Below are positions 1 to 9,365 of a stretch of 39,611 nt of DNA, one piece after another; positions within the stretch are counted from its first letter, which is position 1; each line of letters begins with the position of its first letter. The DNA comes from a virus (Duplodnaviria; Caudoviricetes). The stretch covers positions 1-39,611 of the IMG/VR virus record IMGVR_UViG_3300031965_000082. One strand, given 5' to 3'. The position numbers and the translations under genes were made by a program. The notes beneath the pieces are model-generated. The model searched no databases. It saw only the letters and a list, made by a program, of their open reading frames with translations, and had not been told where the DNA came from.

Positions 1-324
<324 letters not shown>

Positions 325-362
325 TTTAACCTCCCTCGGTTTTTACGCCGCATGTGTGCCGG

Positions 363-716
363 TCATCGCTGCATCTCGAATAGTCGGTCCATCTTCCCGC
401 CCAACTCTTTGCGCAGTTCCAGTATCTCGCTGCGCGTCTGCTGGTTGTCGTTTTTCGCCTCCAGCCGCATCGTGGTAAGCTTGGAACTCAGCGCGTCATC
501 GCGGGCAACCTGGCCAACCTGGATATCGCGGATTTCAACGGAATTGCGGGAGACTTCCGACTTAATGACGCCGAACTCCTGGCCGAAAGCCCAGATAACG
601 CCGATACCGCCACCGATAGCGATCAATGTGGCTCCGAGGTGCGCGAGAGAGAAAACCTTTGCCTTGTGCCACTCTTCTCGCTGCTCCGTTCTTCGCTCCC
701 CGTGTTGTTCTGTCAT
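363..716 (-). CDS. Single-TM, coiled-coil membrane protein (holin-like candidate)
   Basis: 117 aa with TAAGGA RBS; hydrophobic LGATLIAIGGGIGVIWAF followed by a charged helical tail. Confidence 0.6.
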   Translation of the reverse strand: MTEQHGERRTEQREEWHKAKVFSLAHLGATLIAIGGGIGVIWAFGQEFGVIKSEVSRNSVEIRDIQVGQVARDDALSSKLTTMRLEAKNDNQQTRSEILELRKELGGKMDRLFEMQR

Positions 717-721
717 TGTCC

Positions 722-2896
722 TTACCCCAGGTTCCGGGTTGACCGAAAGCCGCGTTGCAGGCTGCGGGCCGTATCGCCGCGACCGGTAGCCAGGCTAGCG
801 TTAATGCGCCCCTCAGCCTGTCGGGCGGCATCACTGGCGATGATCATGACCTCGTCGTGTGTCACGCTCACGCTGTCGATGGTCTGCGGCGTGCCGTTGT
901 TGATCAGCGTGATGTTGGGCTGACCGCCGCCCCCGCTGGCGCTCGACATAGGCGTAATGGTGCCCCCCTTGCCGGTGGGAAGCAAGTACTGTCGGCCCGC
1001 CGTGTTGAGTATCTCAGGCGTCCCGGCCTCATTGATCGGGTGCGCCAGTTGCGGCGACACGGTACCGCCGAACTGACGGCCGCCTCCGAACGTCTCACCG
1101 ACCGCCAGGCCGCCCACCAGCGCCGCGCTGGTGTACCCTGCAGCCCGTATGGCGGAAGCGGTCGTAAAGAAGCCTATGGGGCCCGATATGGCGCCTACCG
1201 CGGCGGCGTTGGCGGCGGCAACCTCAGTTGCTGCGATGATGGTCGCCACTTGTATGGCTTTCTGCGCCAGGAATATGGCCTTAGCGATGGCGGTCCCCTC
1301 CTGGCCGGTCTGCGACAGGATATCGTTGGCGGCATCACCCAGTACCGACAGGCCTTGCAGCGCGGCGCTTTGCTGGGCCGCCCGCGTGGCGGCCATACGT
1401 TGCGCCGCAGCCTCCTCCTGCTGCGTGCGGCGCTCCTGCGCGGCCCGCTCGGTCTCCAGTAGCCGTTCGTTGTGCTCGTTGGTCTCGGCTATCTGGTTGG
1501 CGCGGATTTTGGCCATCAGCTCAGACCGTCGGTCAGCGGTAAGCTGTTCTTGCGCCAGCACCGCCTCGCGTAACTCTGCAGCTTCCCGGTTGATGCGATC
1601 GAGCGGGGACTCACCCAGGCGGTCAATTGTGGTGCGGGTTTTCGCTTCCGCCTCTCTCTCTTTACGGCCGTGCTCTTCGATCTCTGCCAGCTGCTGTGTG
1701 CGGATTTTGGCCAGCAGTTCGGATCGGCGGTCAGCGGTCAGCTGGTCTTGCTCCAGCACAAAGTCGCGCAGCTCTTGCGCTCGCCGGTTGATGCGCTCCA
1801 GGTCTGTCTCGCCGAGTAGGTCGAGGGCACCTATTTTCTTTTGCTTGACCGCCTCCTCGCGTAGCCGCCTCATCATTTCAGCGACGACGTTACCCGCGCT
1901 GACGCGCTTACCTTGCGCCTTGATGTTGTCGTCCAGTACTTTGGTGGACTCCGACACGGCATCCGTTAGGTCCTTCTCAAAGCGTGTCAGTACCTCCAGC
2001 CGCTCGGATGCCCTGGTCGCGCCTGATGATATCTCACGGAAATCCGTAGCCAGCCTGATCAGCTCAGCGCTCGCGTCCGGGCTCTCATCGATGATAGCGT
2101 CGAGCTGATTCTGCACAGACTGCAGACTGGCCGGGCTCCCGTCGCGCCCCATCGTAATCATCGCCTGGCGCAGGTCGTCGACGCGTTGAGTGGTGACGCC
2201 GAGTCGTTGCGCTATGGCGGTCGTTTCACCCATCGCCATGCGGGCGCCGGACAGAAACGTACCGCTAAACACGTCACCCACCCGGTTGCCTGCCGCCTCC
2301 GCCGCGGCATCGATGGCCTCCATGGCTGTGACGATGCCGCCGCGCAGCTCCACCCTGGCGGCCTGCTCCGACTCTTTGGCCAGCTTGATGATTTTGTCGG
2401 TAAGCAGCACCACACCGCCGTCACGGGCTGCGTCACGCAGTACCTCGTCCAGCTCTTCCGCTGCCGACGCAAGCTCGTCGATAGCATCCTTGCCGCGGAA
2501 CAGCGCCGGGAGCAGGGAGGCGCCAATAGCGGCACCAACGCCGACGATAGCGCCGATGATGGCACCCCCCGGCCCGAAGGCACCCAATAACTGGGGCGCT
2601 TGCTGGCTGAACGCTATCATGCCGTTGGTGCCCGACGCCAGCTGTACGCTGAAATCCTGTACTTGGAACGCCGCTTGCTGGACAGCGCCTTTCACCGGCC
2701 GGAAGCTGGCCGCCATGCGCGCCGCGCCGCCCTGGATACGCTGGAATTGAGTGCCGACACGTTTGCCGGCGGTGTCGAAGGAATTGCCCAGGTCTTGCGA
2801 CTTGGCTCGCCAAACCTTTTCGGCCTGGTCGAGCGGCGCGGTGTTGGCGGTGATGTCTGCTTCAAGCGTGCCGATTTTGAGGGTCACTGCTGCCAC
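722..2896 (-). CDS. Tail tape measure protein
   Basis: 724 aa, Ala-rich and helical, with a lambda-H-type QVQDFSVQLASGT...SQQAPQL motif and C-terminal GGGRQFGG...INEAGTPE; follows the tail chaperone. Confidence 0.92.
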   Translation of the reverse strand: MAAVTLKIGTLEADITANTAPLDQAEKVWRAKSQDLGNSFDTAGKRVGTQFQRIQGGAARMAASFRPVKGAVQQAAFQVQDFSVQLASGTNGMIAFSQQAPQLLGAFGPGGAIIGAIVGVGAAIGASLLPALFRGKDAIDELASAAEELDEVLRDAARDGGVVLLTDKIIKLAKESEQAARVELRGGIVTAMEAIDAAAEAAGNRVGDVFSGTFLSGARMAMGETTAIAQRLGVTTQRVDDLRQAMITMGRDGSPASLQSVQNQLDAIIDESPDASAELIRLATDFREISSGATRASERLEVLTRFEKDLTDAVSESTKVLDDNIKAQGKRVSAGNVVAEMMRRLREEAVKQKKIGALDLLGETDLERINRRAQELRDFVLEQDQLTADRRSELLAKIRTQQLAEIEEHGRKEREAEAKTRTTIDRLGESPLDRINREAAELREAVLAQEQLTADRRSELMAKIRANQIAETNEHNERLLETERAAQERRTQQEEAAAQRMAATRAAQQSAALQGLSVLGDAANDILSQTGQEGTAIAKAIFLAQKAIQVATIIAATEVAAANAAAVGAISGPIGFFTTASAIRAAGYTSAALVGGLAVGETFGGGRQFGGTVSPQLAHPINEAGTPEILNTAGRQYLLPTGKGGTITPMSSASGGGGQPNITLINNGTPQTIDSVSVTHDEVMIIASDAARQAEGRINASLATGRGDTARSLQRGFRSTRNLG

Positions 2897-3171
2897 GCCT
2901 CCGGGTTAGCTTGAATGTTGTCGCCGACCGCCGCGTACAGCCTGTCTAGGTCCGCCGCGCTGGTGATGTCGTCGTCCGGGTCGTCGGTGATACCGTGCGT
3001 CTGTTTGTAGGCCTCTAAACGGACGTCAAAGTCAAACATACTGCTGCGATTAAAGTCGCACAGCTGGCCGCCCACCACCAGCCACGACGCCCGGAACGCG
3101 TCAAAGTCGAAAGGCGTAATTTCCTCACTAGGCCGCGCACCGTCTCGCTTCGCTCGATCTGCTTTTTTTTT
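2884..3171 (-). CDS. Tail assembly chaperone, -1 frameshift extension (gpT-like part)
   Basis: This frame is -1 relative to 3015..3491 at an A9 run, has no good start of its own, and ends overlapping the tape measure start. Confidence 0.75.
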   Translation of the reverse strand, partial: KKKADRAKRDGARPSEEITPFDFDAFRASWLVVGGQLCDFNRSSMFDFDVRLEAYKQTHGITDDPDDDITSAADLDRLYAAVGDNIQANPEAWQQ

Positions 3172-3491
3172 ACGTTGCCTATGATGCCGTAGCTGATCAG
3201 GTGCCGACACAGCATCGAACAATCTTGCAGCCCGAAGTCCTCCACGAACTCAGTCGCCATGTCGGAACGGCTGTTCTCGTCGACCGGCACGCCGTCGACC
3301 TCCTCCAGGCAACACAGGATAACGCTACGTATGTCGCCGGGCGGCATTTCGCCGTCGACCAGCCGAGCAAAGAGTAGCGCCGGATCCCCACACACAAATC
3401 CGGCCGCCTCGATATTGCCGAACGTACCGGCGAGCACGTAGGCGTGCCCGTTGCCGGTAATCAGCTCCTCGCAGCGGCGCAGTTTACGCAT
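3015..3491 (-). CDS. Tail assembly chaperone (gpG-like)
   Basis: Lies between tail tube and tape measure; contains the slippery sequence GTA AAA AAA AAG. Confidence 0.8.
   Translation of the reverse strand: MRKLRRCEELITGNGHAYVLAGTFGNIEAAGFVCGDPALLFARLVDGEMPPGDIRSVILCCLEEVDGVPVDENSRSDMATEFVEDFGLQDCSMLCRHLISYGIIGNVKKKQIERSETVRGLVRKLRLSTLTRSGRRGWWWAASCATLIAAVCLTLTSV
3162..3171 (-). promoter_or_regulatory. Programmed -1 frameshift slippery site (A AAA AAG within A9G)
   Basis: T9 run at 3163-3171 on the + strand; canonical heptamer in the canonical G/GT position. Confidence 0.75.
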
Positions 3492-3844
3492 TAGGGCGCC
3501 AAACTGAACACGCCGACCGTAACGTCGGTCACGTCGTCATACGTCCAGGAAAACACGCCGGCGCCGCTCACGTAGCCGAGCGGGATAGTAATGGCGCCGG
3601 CATCGCCCGCGGCGACAACGAGAGTCATGTCGTCAACGTCCACCTCGCCATAGCTGCCGGCCACCGTGGTGTCGACAGGCGCGGGGATGGTGACGGTGTG
3701 CGGACTGGCGTCAGCGTTGTTGACGACCAGCAGCAGGCCGGATGCCGACACTACGGAGTCGCCCGCAGCAGCGGCGGCGGCAAGCGCCCCCAACAGATCC
3801 GCGATGCCCGCCTTGGTTACCGGTTGTACTGTTAATTCAGCCAT
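3491..3844 (-). CDS. Putative virion structural protein (small beta-rich)
   Basis: 117 aa, Ala/Val/Gly/Thr-rich, tightly coupled between tail tube and chaperone genes. Confidence 0.6.
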   Translation of the reverse strand: MAELTVQPVTKAGIADLLGALAAAAAAGDSVVSASGLLLVVNNADASPHTVTIPAPVDTTVAGSYGEVDVDDMTLVVAAGDAGAITIPLGYVSGAGVFSWTYDDVTDVTVGVFSLAP

Positions 3845-3846
3845 GG

Positions 3847-4314
3847 TTATACGCTCCCGCTTACAATGACGCTTGATTTACTTTGCATGGTCGCGTCGAA
3901 GCCTAGCAGGCCCGGCGTGTCCCCTGTTTTCCCGAAGCTGGTAATGTTAAAACAGCCTTCAATAAAGCCGTTGGTGTCGACGTTGAGCAACCGGAACGTG
4001 CCGCAGCGACTGCCTGTCGTGGCCAGCGCCAGTAGCCGCTCGCTGCCAACGATGTTAAAACCAGTGACGGGGTCCACAATGCCGGTACGCTTGTCCGCCA
4101 TACCCGACAAGTTCAACGTCGCGTTGGCGAAGCCGGTAAACTCCGACTCCTGGTATTCGCCAACCGTTGAGCTGCTGGTCACGTCCTCGACGGGGTTATC
4201 GAAAGTATACCCCCGCGTTTTGGCGCCCCCGGCGATCTCCCACGCGGTGTTATCGTCGTTGCGGATCAGCATGACAAGCTGGCGCCCTTTGGTTACATTC
4301 GCTTCGCAGCCCAT
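3847..4314 (-). CDS. Major tail (tube) protein
   Basis: 155 aa with GAGGGG RBS and a tail-tube pattern (EDVTSSST...EF..G...TLNLSG...FNITSF...TG); expected position. Confidence 0.82.
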   Translation of the reverse strand: MGCEANVTKGRQLVMLIRNDDNTAWEIAGGAKTRGYTFDNPVEDVTSSSTVGEYQESEFTGFANATLNLSGMADKRTGIVDPVTGFNIVGSERLLALATTGSRCGTFRLLNVDTNGFIEGCFNITSFGKTGDTPGLLGFDATMQSKSSVIVSGSV

Positions 4315-4329
4315 GGTGTGCCCCTCTTG

Positions 4330-4749
4330 TTACGGCCCGGCGGCGCCGTTGCGCCACGTATAAAAGTTCATGCTGTACATGTAGCGCTCGTTCTCATCTT
4401 TACCCAACGGAACAATGTTGCTGTTGGCCTCAAAGCTCTTATAGCACACACCGTTGACCTCTGTGTTCTCAGGGCGCGTCAGCAGATAGTCGCTAATCGC
4501 TTTGGCCCGCACGTACACGTCAATGTCCCGGTGTCCTGTCTTCCCTGGCTTTGTCCCGCGCACCAAAATCTGTACGCCTGGCTGCTCATAAATGTCGGGC
4601 TGTGCTGACGGGAAACCTACGCCCTCCAGCACTAACACTTGGCTGTCCGAGTTGCCCCACTCTGCACCGAAAAGCTGTGCGCCGAGCGTGCCGAACCCAC
4701 CGGCCGCTAACAGCGATAGTACGTCAAAGTAGGTCGGATTGCTAGGCAC
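4330..4749 (-). CDS. Tail terminator / tail completion protein
   Basis: PGVQILVRG and LGKDENERY..SMNF motifs; directly upstream of the tube gene; GTG start with GAGGG. Confidence 0.75.
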   Translation of the reverse strand: MPSNPTYFDVLSLLAAGGFGTLGAQLFGAEWGNSDSQVLVLEGVGFPSAQPDIYEQPGVQILVRGTKPGKTGHRDIDVYVRAKAISDYLLTRPENTEVNGVCYKSFEANSNIVPLGKDENERYMYSMNFYTWRNGAAGP

Positions 4750-5242
4750 CGCTGCGGCCCTCAATCTTGGCGCGCTGACGGATAATGTTCAGCACCTCTG
4801 CCACATTCTCGCTAATGGCGCGCTGCAGAAATTTCGGGCCGGTGCCGGGTGCCCAGGGCACGTGCTTGGGGCCCGCCGCACGCTTGACGCCTGGCCGCTT
4901 CGGCCCGACAAAGGTGTACCCGCGTGGCTTACGTGGGCCGACCAGCGGCGCCGTGCTGCGGTCTTGTTGTGGGCCAACGTCGAACTTACGCACCATTTCA
5001 TGCACATAGGCGGCGTACTCAGCGGTATACCCGACGCGGGCGACAATAGGCCGCGCTTTGGGCGCGGTGATGTCGGTGAAGGCGGATCCACGCAGATTAC
5101 CTGTGTCTACGGGCGCCATCGGTACCGACTCACTCTCCACGTGCATGGCGGCCAGCTGCAGCCCTTCACGGGTGCGCCCCTCAATACCGGCTATCTCCCG
5201 GTTGAGCTTACGCATCATCGCGTCCATACCTTTAACGGCCAT
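4742..5242 (-). CDS. HK97 gp10-like tail completion/neck protein
   Basis: APVDTGNLRGS, VGYTAEYAAYVHE and PKFLQRA motifs; TGATG coupling to the upstream gene. Confidence 0.85.
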   Translation of the reverse strand: MAVKGMDAMMRKLNREIAGIEGRTREGLQLAAMHVESESVPMAPVDTGNLRGSAFTDITAPKARPIVARVGYTAEYAAYVHEMVRKFDVGPQQDRSTAPLVGPRKPRGYTFVGPKRPGVKRAAGPKHVPWAPGTGPKFLQRAISENVAEVLNIIRQRAKIEGRSGA

Positions 5243-5568
5243 CAGGCGAACCACAGCTTGCGCAAATCACCGGCACCGCTCGGCGTATGCGACAGGGCCC
5301 GCACGTCATCAGCAGCGGCGGGCGGCGCTACAGCGGTCGACTCGCCGAACCAGGCGTATACGCCGTCCCGCAGCTGCTCCGCGGTGACGGGCGCCTCGGT
5401 GTAGCACACAGCGGAGCTCACCACCGTGTCGCCGTTGATGTCGGTAAATTTCTGCTGGCTGTAGGCAATGCGGGCGTCGTAGGTGACGGGCGCTGACCAG
5501 GTGATGCCGCCGAGCCCGTCGGAGCCGGTGCGCAGCCAGATGGTGACTTGTTCGGGTAGCGGAAACAT
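5242..5568 (-). CDS. Head closure / head-tail joining protein
   Basis: 108 aa with VTIW..GSDGLGG.TW..P motif; expected position; TGATG coupling. Confidence 0.7.
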   Translation of the reverse strand: MFPLPEQVTIWLRTGSDGLGGITWSAPVTYDARIAYSQQKFTDINGDTVVSSAVCYTEAPVTAEQLRDGVYAWFGESTAVAPPAAADDVRALSHTPSGAGDLRKLWFA

Positions 5569-5948
5569 CAGCCGAAGAAACACACTTGCATGGGCGACTT
5601 GTCGGCCTCTGCCAGACAGCCGCCGGTCAGCGCGTTGGCGGTCTGGCCGTATGGGGTGCTTTGCACGCCCTTACCGCTGAAACCGCCCACGACGCGCTCG
5701 ACCGAATAGTTCTCGAACCGCTCGCTTTTGGCTACAGCGATGTTCTTCCCTACCGCCGTCGTGCCCAACAGGTGCGCCGCCAGCCAGCCCTGCGCCATGT
5801 CGAGGCACTCGTCCGACACGCCTTTTGACGTGGTGCAGGCCGCCACCCGGTCGAGGATGCACAGCGCCGCCGCCAGGAAAGGCGCCAACTGCGGATCTGT
5901 CAGCGTGCTGCCTGTGATGGCGCGCACGTCCTCGCCGGTTGCGGCCAC
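5568..5948 (-). CDS. Head-tail adaptor protein
   Basis: 126 aa with WLAAHLL, KSE and STPYGQ.A..L motifs typical of adaptors. Confidence 0.75.
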   Translation of the reverse strand: MAATGEDVRAITGSTLTDPQLAPFLAAALCILDRVAACTTSKGVSDECLDMAQGWLAAHLLGTTAVGKNIAVAKSERFENYSVERVVGGFSGKGVQSTPYGQTANALTGGCLAEADKSPMQVCFFG

Positions 5949-5954
5949 AGGCGG

Positions 5955-6299
5955 TTAACTCTGCGGCTGCGACTTGGCGGCAATGCGTTCCCGGGCGCCT
6001 TTGAGTGCGTCGGCGAGGGCCTTGTCCTTCGTCGCTGCGGTCTCCAGCTCGGCGATCAGGTCAGCCAAACCAGCGTTGGCCGCGGTCAGGTTCTCGACTT
6101 GGGCCCGCAGTTGCTTGGTGGCGCGGCTGGGGTTGGCGGCGGACGCTTCGACCTCATCCTGCGGGCGCACCTTATTGACCAGGTTGCGCGCTTGATCGGC
6201 GGTCAGCTCAACTACCTGTCCGAGCGCGTAGCCCCGGGCGCCGCCACGGGTGACAACGTACTTTTTGACCGCCTTTTTGACCAGATCTGCTTTTGACAT
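5955..6299 (-). CDS. Hypothetical protein after the major capsid gene (coiled-coil C-terminus)
   Basis: 114 aa with AGAGG RBS; fills the gap in the operon. Confidence 0.65.
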   Translation of the reverse strand: MSKADLVKKAVKKYVVTRGGARGYALGQVVELTADQARNLVNKVRPQDEVEASAANPSRATKQLRAQVENLTAANAGLADLIAELETAATKDKALADALKGARERIAAKSQPQS

Positions 6300-6324
6300 A
6301 ATGGTTGCCTCTGTTGTGGGTACT

Positions 6325-6350
6325 AAAACGGGGCCGCGTAGGGCCCCGTT
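6325..6350 (-). terminator. Rho-independent terminator after the major capsid gene
   Basis: 9-bp stem AACGGGGCC/GGCCCCGTT with a 6-nt loop, ending in a short U tract on the minus strand. Confidence 0.7.
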
Positions 6351-6381
6351 GAGTTACGCGCTACCTTTTACCGCGGCGATG

Positions 6382-7494
6382 TTACTTGGTCAGATGCCGA
6401 ACGCCGGTCTTGTCGTTAGAGTCGACCTTGATCTGCTGCACCATCGCGGCGTAAGTGGTCATCACCTGCGGCGCAAACGGGTTGGTTTTGGTATGTGGCA
6501 CAGCGATGACATCAGAGGCGATGGCCAGCTCGATAGTGCGGCTTTCCATTTCCACCAGCACAACGCTGCCGTCGGCCAGCTTCTCGGCCGGCTTGATATC
6601 CATTACCTGCGAGATTTGCTTGGCGCGCTCCAGCACGCTGCCGGCAACCGCCGCCTTGTAGTCGTTCTGCAGGTTGGTCCAGATGTCGTTGGCCACATAC
6701 ACCATCACACGGTCATTGCCGACGCCGCCCTGCGTTGACCACATCAGGCCGATTTGCTCGATCAGCTCCGGGATGATGTCCGCAATGTTGGCGATATCAG
6801 CCCAATCAGAGATAGTGTCGGTGCCCCGGTCCGGGTGCGTGGTGTAGCCGTAGATCGGAAACGCCGTACCGTTGAAGTTGACTGAGATAGCGGCGTTGCC
6901 GTTGAATAGCGTGTTCTCCAGCCGTTCCGACACCTGGCGGATAGACTCAGTCATGCCCAGCGAGCGCTTGTAGCTGAACCCGGTCTGGCGCCACGGCACC
7001 TGGAACGATTGGTGCGTGATGGGGTTAGGTACGTAGGACTCAGTGAACACCGTGTCGTTGTTCTGATACGCGTTGGGGTTCATTTCCTGTTCAGCGGCCT
7101 GAAACTCGTTGATGTTCTCGAAGCCGACGATCTGTTCGCCGATGTCAACGCTAAAAGTCAGCCCCTGCGTCTGCAGGTCGGCAATACCGTTGAGCACCCG
7201 GCGGCGCACCTCTACAATACGGTCCTGGATCACCATGAAATCCTCGTGGCGCAGGGTGCCGTCCGCATTACGTAGGATAGTTTGCACCTCCGGGTTCATG
7301 GTGTCGTTGGCGCGCCCGACGATCTCGCCGGCAGCGTTGACTACCACCACCTTGCGCAGGTTGGCGGCGGCGAACGCCTCGTTGTGCAGGTTGGCGTATT
7401 GCTCGCGCAGGTTGGCGGCGGCGAGGATATTGGCCGCGTGTTGAGCACGGCTATCACCGATGCTCACCGGTGCCATCTTGATTGGCTTTTGCAT
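6382..7494 (-). CDS. Major capsid protein
   Basis: 370 aa with GGGAG RBS; follows protease and decoration genes; contains IYGYTTHPDR and PITHQSF; followed by a terminator. Confidence 0.88.
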   Translation of the reverse strand: MQKPIKMAPVSIGDSRAQHAANILAAANLREQYANLHNEAFAAANLRKVVVVNAAGEIVGRANDTMNPEVQTILRNADGTLRHEDFMVIQDRIVEVRRRVLNGIADLQTQGLTFSVDIGEQIVGFENINEFQAAEQEMNPNAYQNNDTVFTESYVPNPITHQSFQVPWRQTGFSYKRSLGMTESIRQVSERLENTLFNGNAAISVNFNGTAFPIYGYTTHPDRGTDTISDWADIANIADIIPELIEQIGLMWSTQGGVGNDRVMVYVANDIWTNLQNDYKAAVAGSVLERAKQISQVMDIKPAEKLADGSVVLVEMESRTIELAIASDVIAVPHTKTNPFAPQVMTTYAAMVQQIKVDSNDKTGVRHLTK

Positions 7495-7507
7495 GGTAGT
7501 GCTCCCC

Positions 7508-7981
7508 TTACGCTACGCGTACTTTAATACGGACGGTAGTGCCGCCCGCTGAATTGTCGACAGCTTCCAGCGCGTACCCGACCACACTGTCGCGCTCGGT
7601 GTCGGCGGTAGCGGCGGCCGTGGTCTGCACGCGCAGGGTGCCGTCGCCGTCACTCTCCAGCGGGTCCCCTTTGACAATAGCGGCGGCGTTGGCGGCCAGC
7701 AGTGCGTATACCTCTTGACCGGAGTGCGCGGCGCCGTAGCGCACCAGCGCGCCGGCAGCGTAGGCGGTGTCGATGTCGCCGGCGTTGGACAGATCCGACA
7801 GAGCGAACAGCTTTTGCGCGTTACCCGCTGCGGTGCTGTGCTCTTGGACCGTACCGGCCGCCAACTCCTCGATCAGCATGCCGGGCACAATAGCGCTACC
7901 CGCGGCGCTGGCCGCCTCGGAGTGAATAAACGAGCCAGCTGTATCGGTAAGCAGCTGGATAACTTGGGGTGCCTGTGGCAT
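7508..7981 (-). CDS. Head decoration / capsid cement protein
   Basis: 157 aa, Ala/Gly-rich, with IVPGML, GDPLESDGDGTL and VGYALEA; lies between protease and capsid genes. Confidence 0.75.
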   Translation of the reverse strand: MPQAPQVIQLLTDTAGSFIHSEAASAAGSAIVPGMLIEELAAGTVQEHSTAAGNAQKLFALSDLSNAGDIDTAYAAGALVRYGAAHSGQEVYALLAANAAAIVKGDPLESDGDGTLRVQTTAAATADTERDSVVGYALEAVDNSAGGTTVRIKVRVA

Positions 7982-7996
7982 AACTGCGTCCTCTAC

Positions 7997-9328
7997 TTAG
8001 TATGAAAAGTCGATGCGGGGCGCATTGCCGCCGCCCGCAGCACGGCGCACCGGTGCGTTACCCTGGCCGCTGAAATCTCCACTCGGTTGCAGGGAGTTAG
8101 CCAGCCTGTCAAGCGCGGCATCGTCTAGCTTGCCGACGTCATCAGCGGTCATGTCGCTGTTGTTGACGATCAGCTCGGATTTTGTCGCCCGCTCCTCGGC
8201 TTGAGTGGCCTGGAAGGCCTCAAAGGCGGCGCGGTTGGCCATAAACGTCTGCACGGCCTCGGCGTCGGTAGCGGCGTTGACCACCATCCCGGCGCCCTCG
8301 CACACTTCGCGCGCCTGGTCGGCGGTAATGTCGGGCCGCTTTACGGCGCCGTGCAGCTTGTTCATCAGCTCCACTTCCGACAGCGTTTCGAGATACGCCT
8401 TGTCTTCCACGCTAAAGCTGTTGGCCGAATTGCCGATAATCGCTAACACAAGCTTCTCTTTGTCCATGTTCCTACCCTCTGCGGTCGGTAGTGTTGGGGC
8501 TGGCTTTCGGCCGTTAGCCTCGAAGGTTACTACACGCCGGACCTCAACGCCAGCCCCCGTAAACCGGGGCTTCCCGTTCGGCTCCAGCGCAAACGGGATA
8601 CGCCACAGCTTATCGTTAACGTCCGCTATGGCGAAATTGGGGTCGAGCTCCACGTCTACCACGTAAACGTAACAGCAGCTGTCGTCGTTGCCGTACTGCT
8701 CCCGGGCCAGCTCGGTCAGCTGGTCGCGCAGCTCGTTAACGGACTGATCCAGATTACAGATTACGATATCGGCGTCGTTGGAGCTGTTGAGCGTAAACGT
8801 ACTGGCACCCGCCGGCGCCTCGTCCAGCAGCAGCGCAACGTGATCAAACTCCATCTTGTTAAGTATGCCGTCGTACCGCTCCCCGTCAAACTGGCCCTTG
8901 ACCAACACCATGGAGCCGTTAAGCCCGGTACTGACGCCGATTTGTTCGTTATTGCGGATCCGACGTAACACTTCGACGCCCCGCTCGTCCTTCTCAGCCA
9001 CGCCGATGTCGACGGCAAGGTCGTTAATGACGTGGCGGCCCTCAATGCGCGGGTTAAGCGCAAAGGCGCCTACGTTGTGGGCGTTGACGGCCACCGGGTC
9101 GCGGGCGCTCAGGAACAGCCCGTCAACGAGAGGGTGCGACGCGGGCGCCAGCACGCGGTCCAGCTGCTGGTATGACTCCCGGATAACCGCGGCGGGGTAA
9201 AACAGGCCGTTCATGACGCTGTCAAGCGACAGCGAAACCATCGAGGTGATCAGGTGCGGCCGGCCGTTAATCACCTGCTCCCGAAACTTGCCGGAACTTA
9301 GGCTATTAACGATGATTTTGCGTTGCAT
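7997..9328 (-). CDS. Prohead maturation protease/scaffold (DUF2213-like)
   Basis: VMNGLFYP, HP, GVSTG and DHVALLLDEAPAG motifs; ATG at 9328 with GGGGGTG RBS. Confidence 0.85.
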   Translation of the reverse strand: MQRKIIVNSLSSGKFREQVINGRPHLITSMVSLSLDSVMNGLFYPAAVIRESYQQLDRVLAPASHPLVDGLFLSARDPVAVNAHNVGAFALNPRIEGRHVINDLAVDIGVAEKDERGVEVLRRIRNNEQIGVSTGLNGSMVLVKGQFDGERYDGILNKMEFDHVALLLDEAPAGASTFTLNSSNDADIVICNLDQSVNELRDQLTELAREQYGNDDSCCYVYVVDVELDPNFAIADVNDKLWRIPFALEPNGKPRFTGAGVEVRRVVTFEANGRKPAPTLPTAEGRNMDKEKLVLAIIGNSANSFSVEDKAYLETLSEVELMNKLHGAVKRPDITADQAREVCEGAGMVVNAATDAEAVQTFMANRAAFEAFQATQAEERATKSELIVNNSDMTADDVGKLDDAALDRLANSLQPSGDFSGQGNAPVRRAAGGGNAPRIDFSY

Positions 9329-9365
9329 GCGCACCCCCTGCGCGGTCGTTGGCCAGATAGTACCG

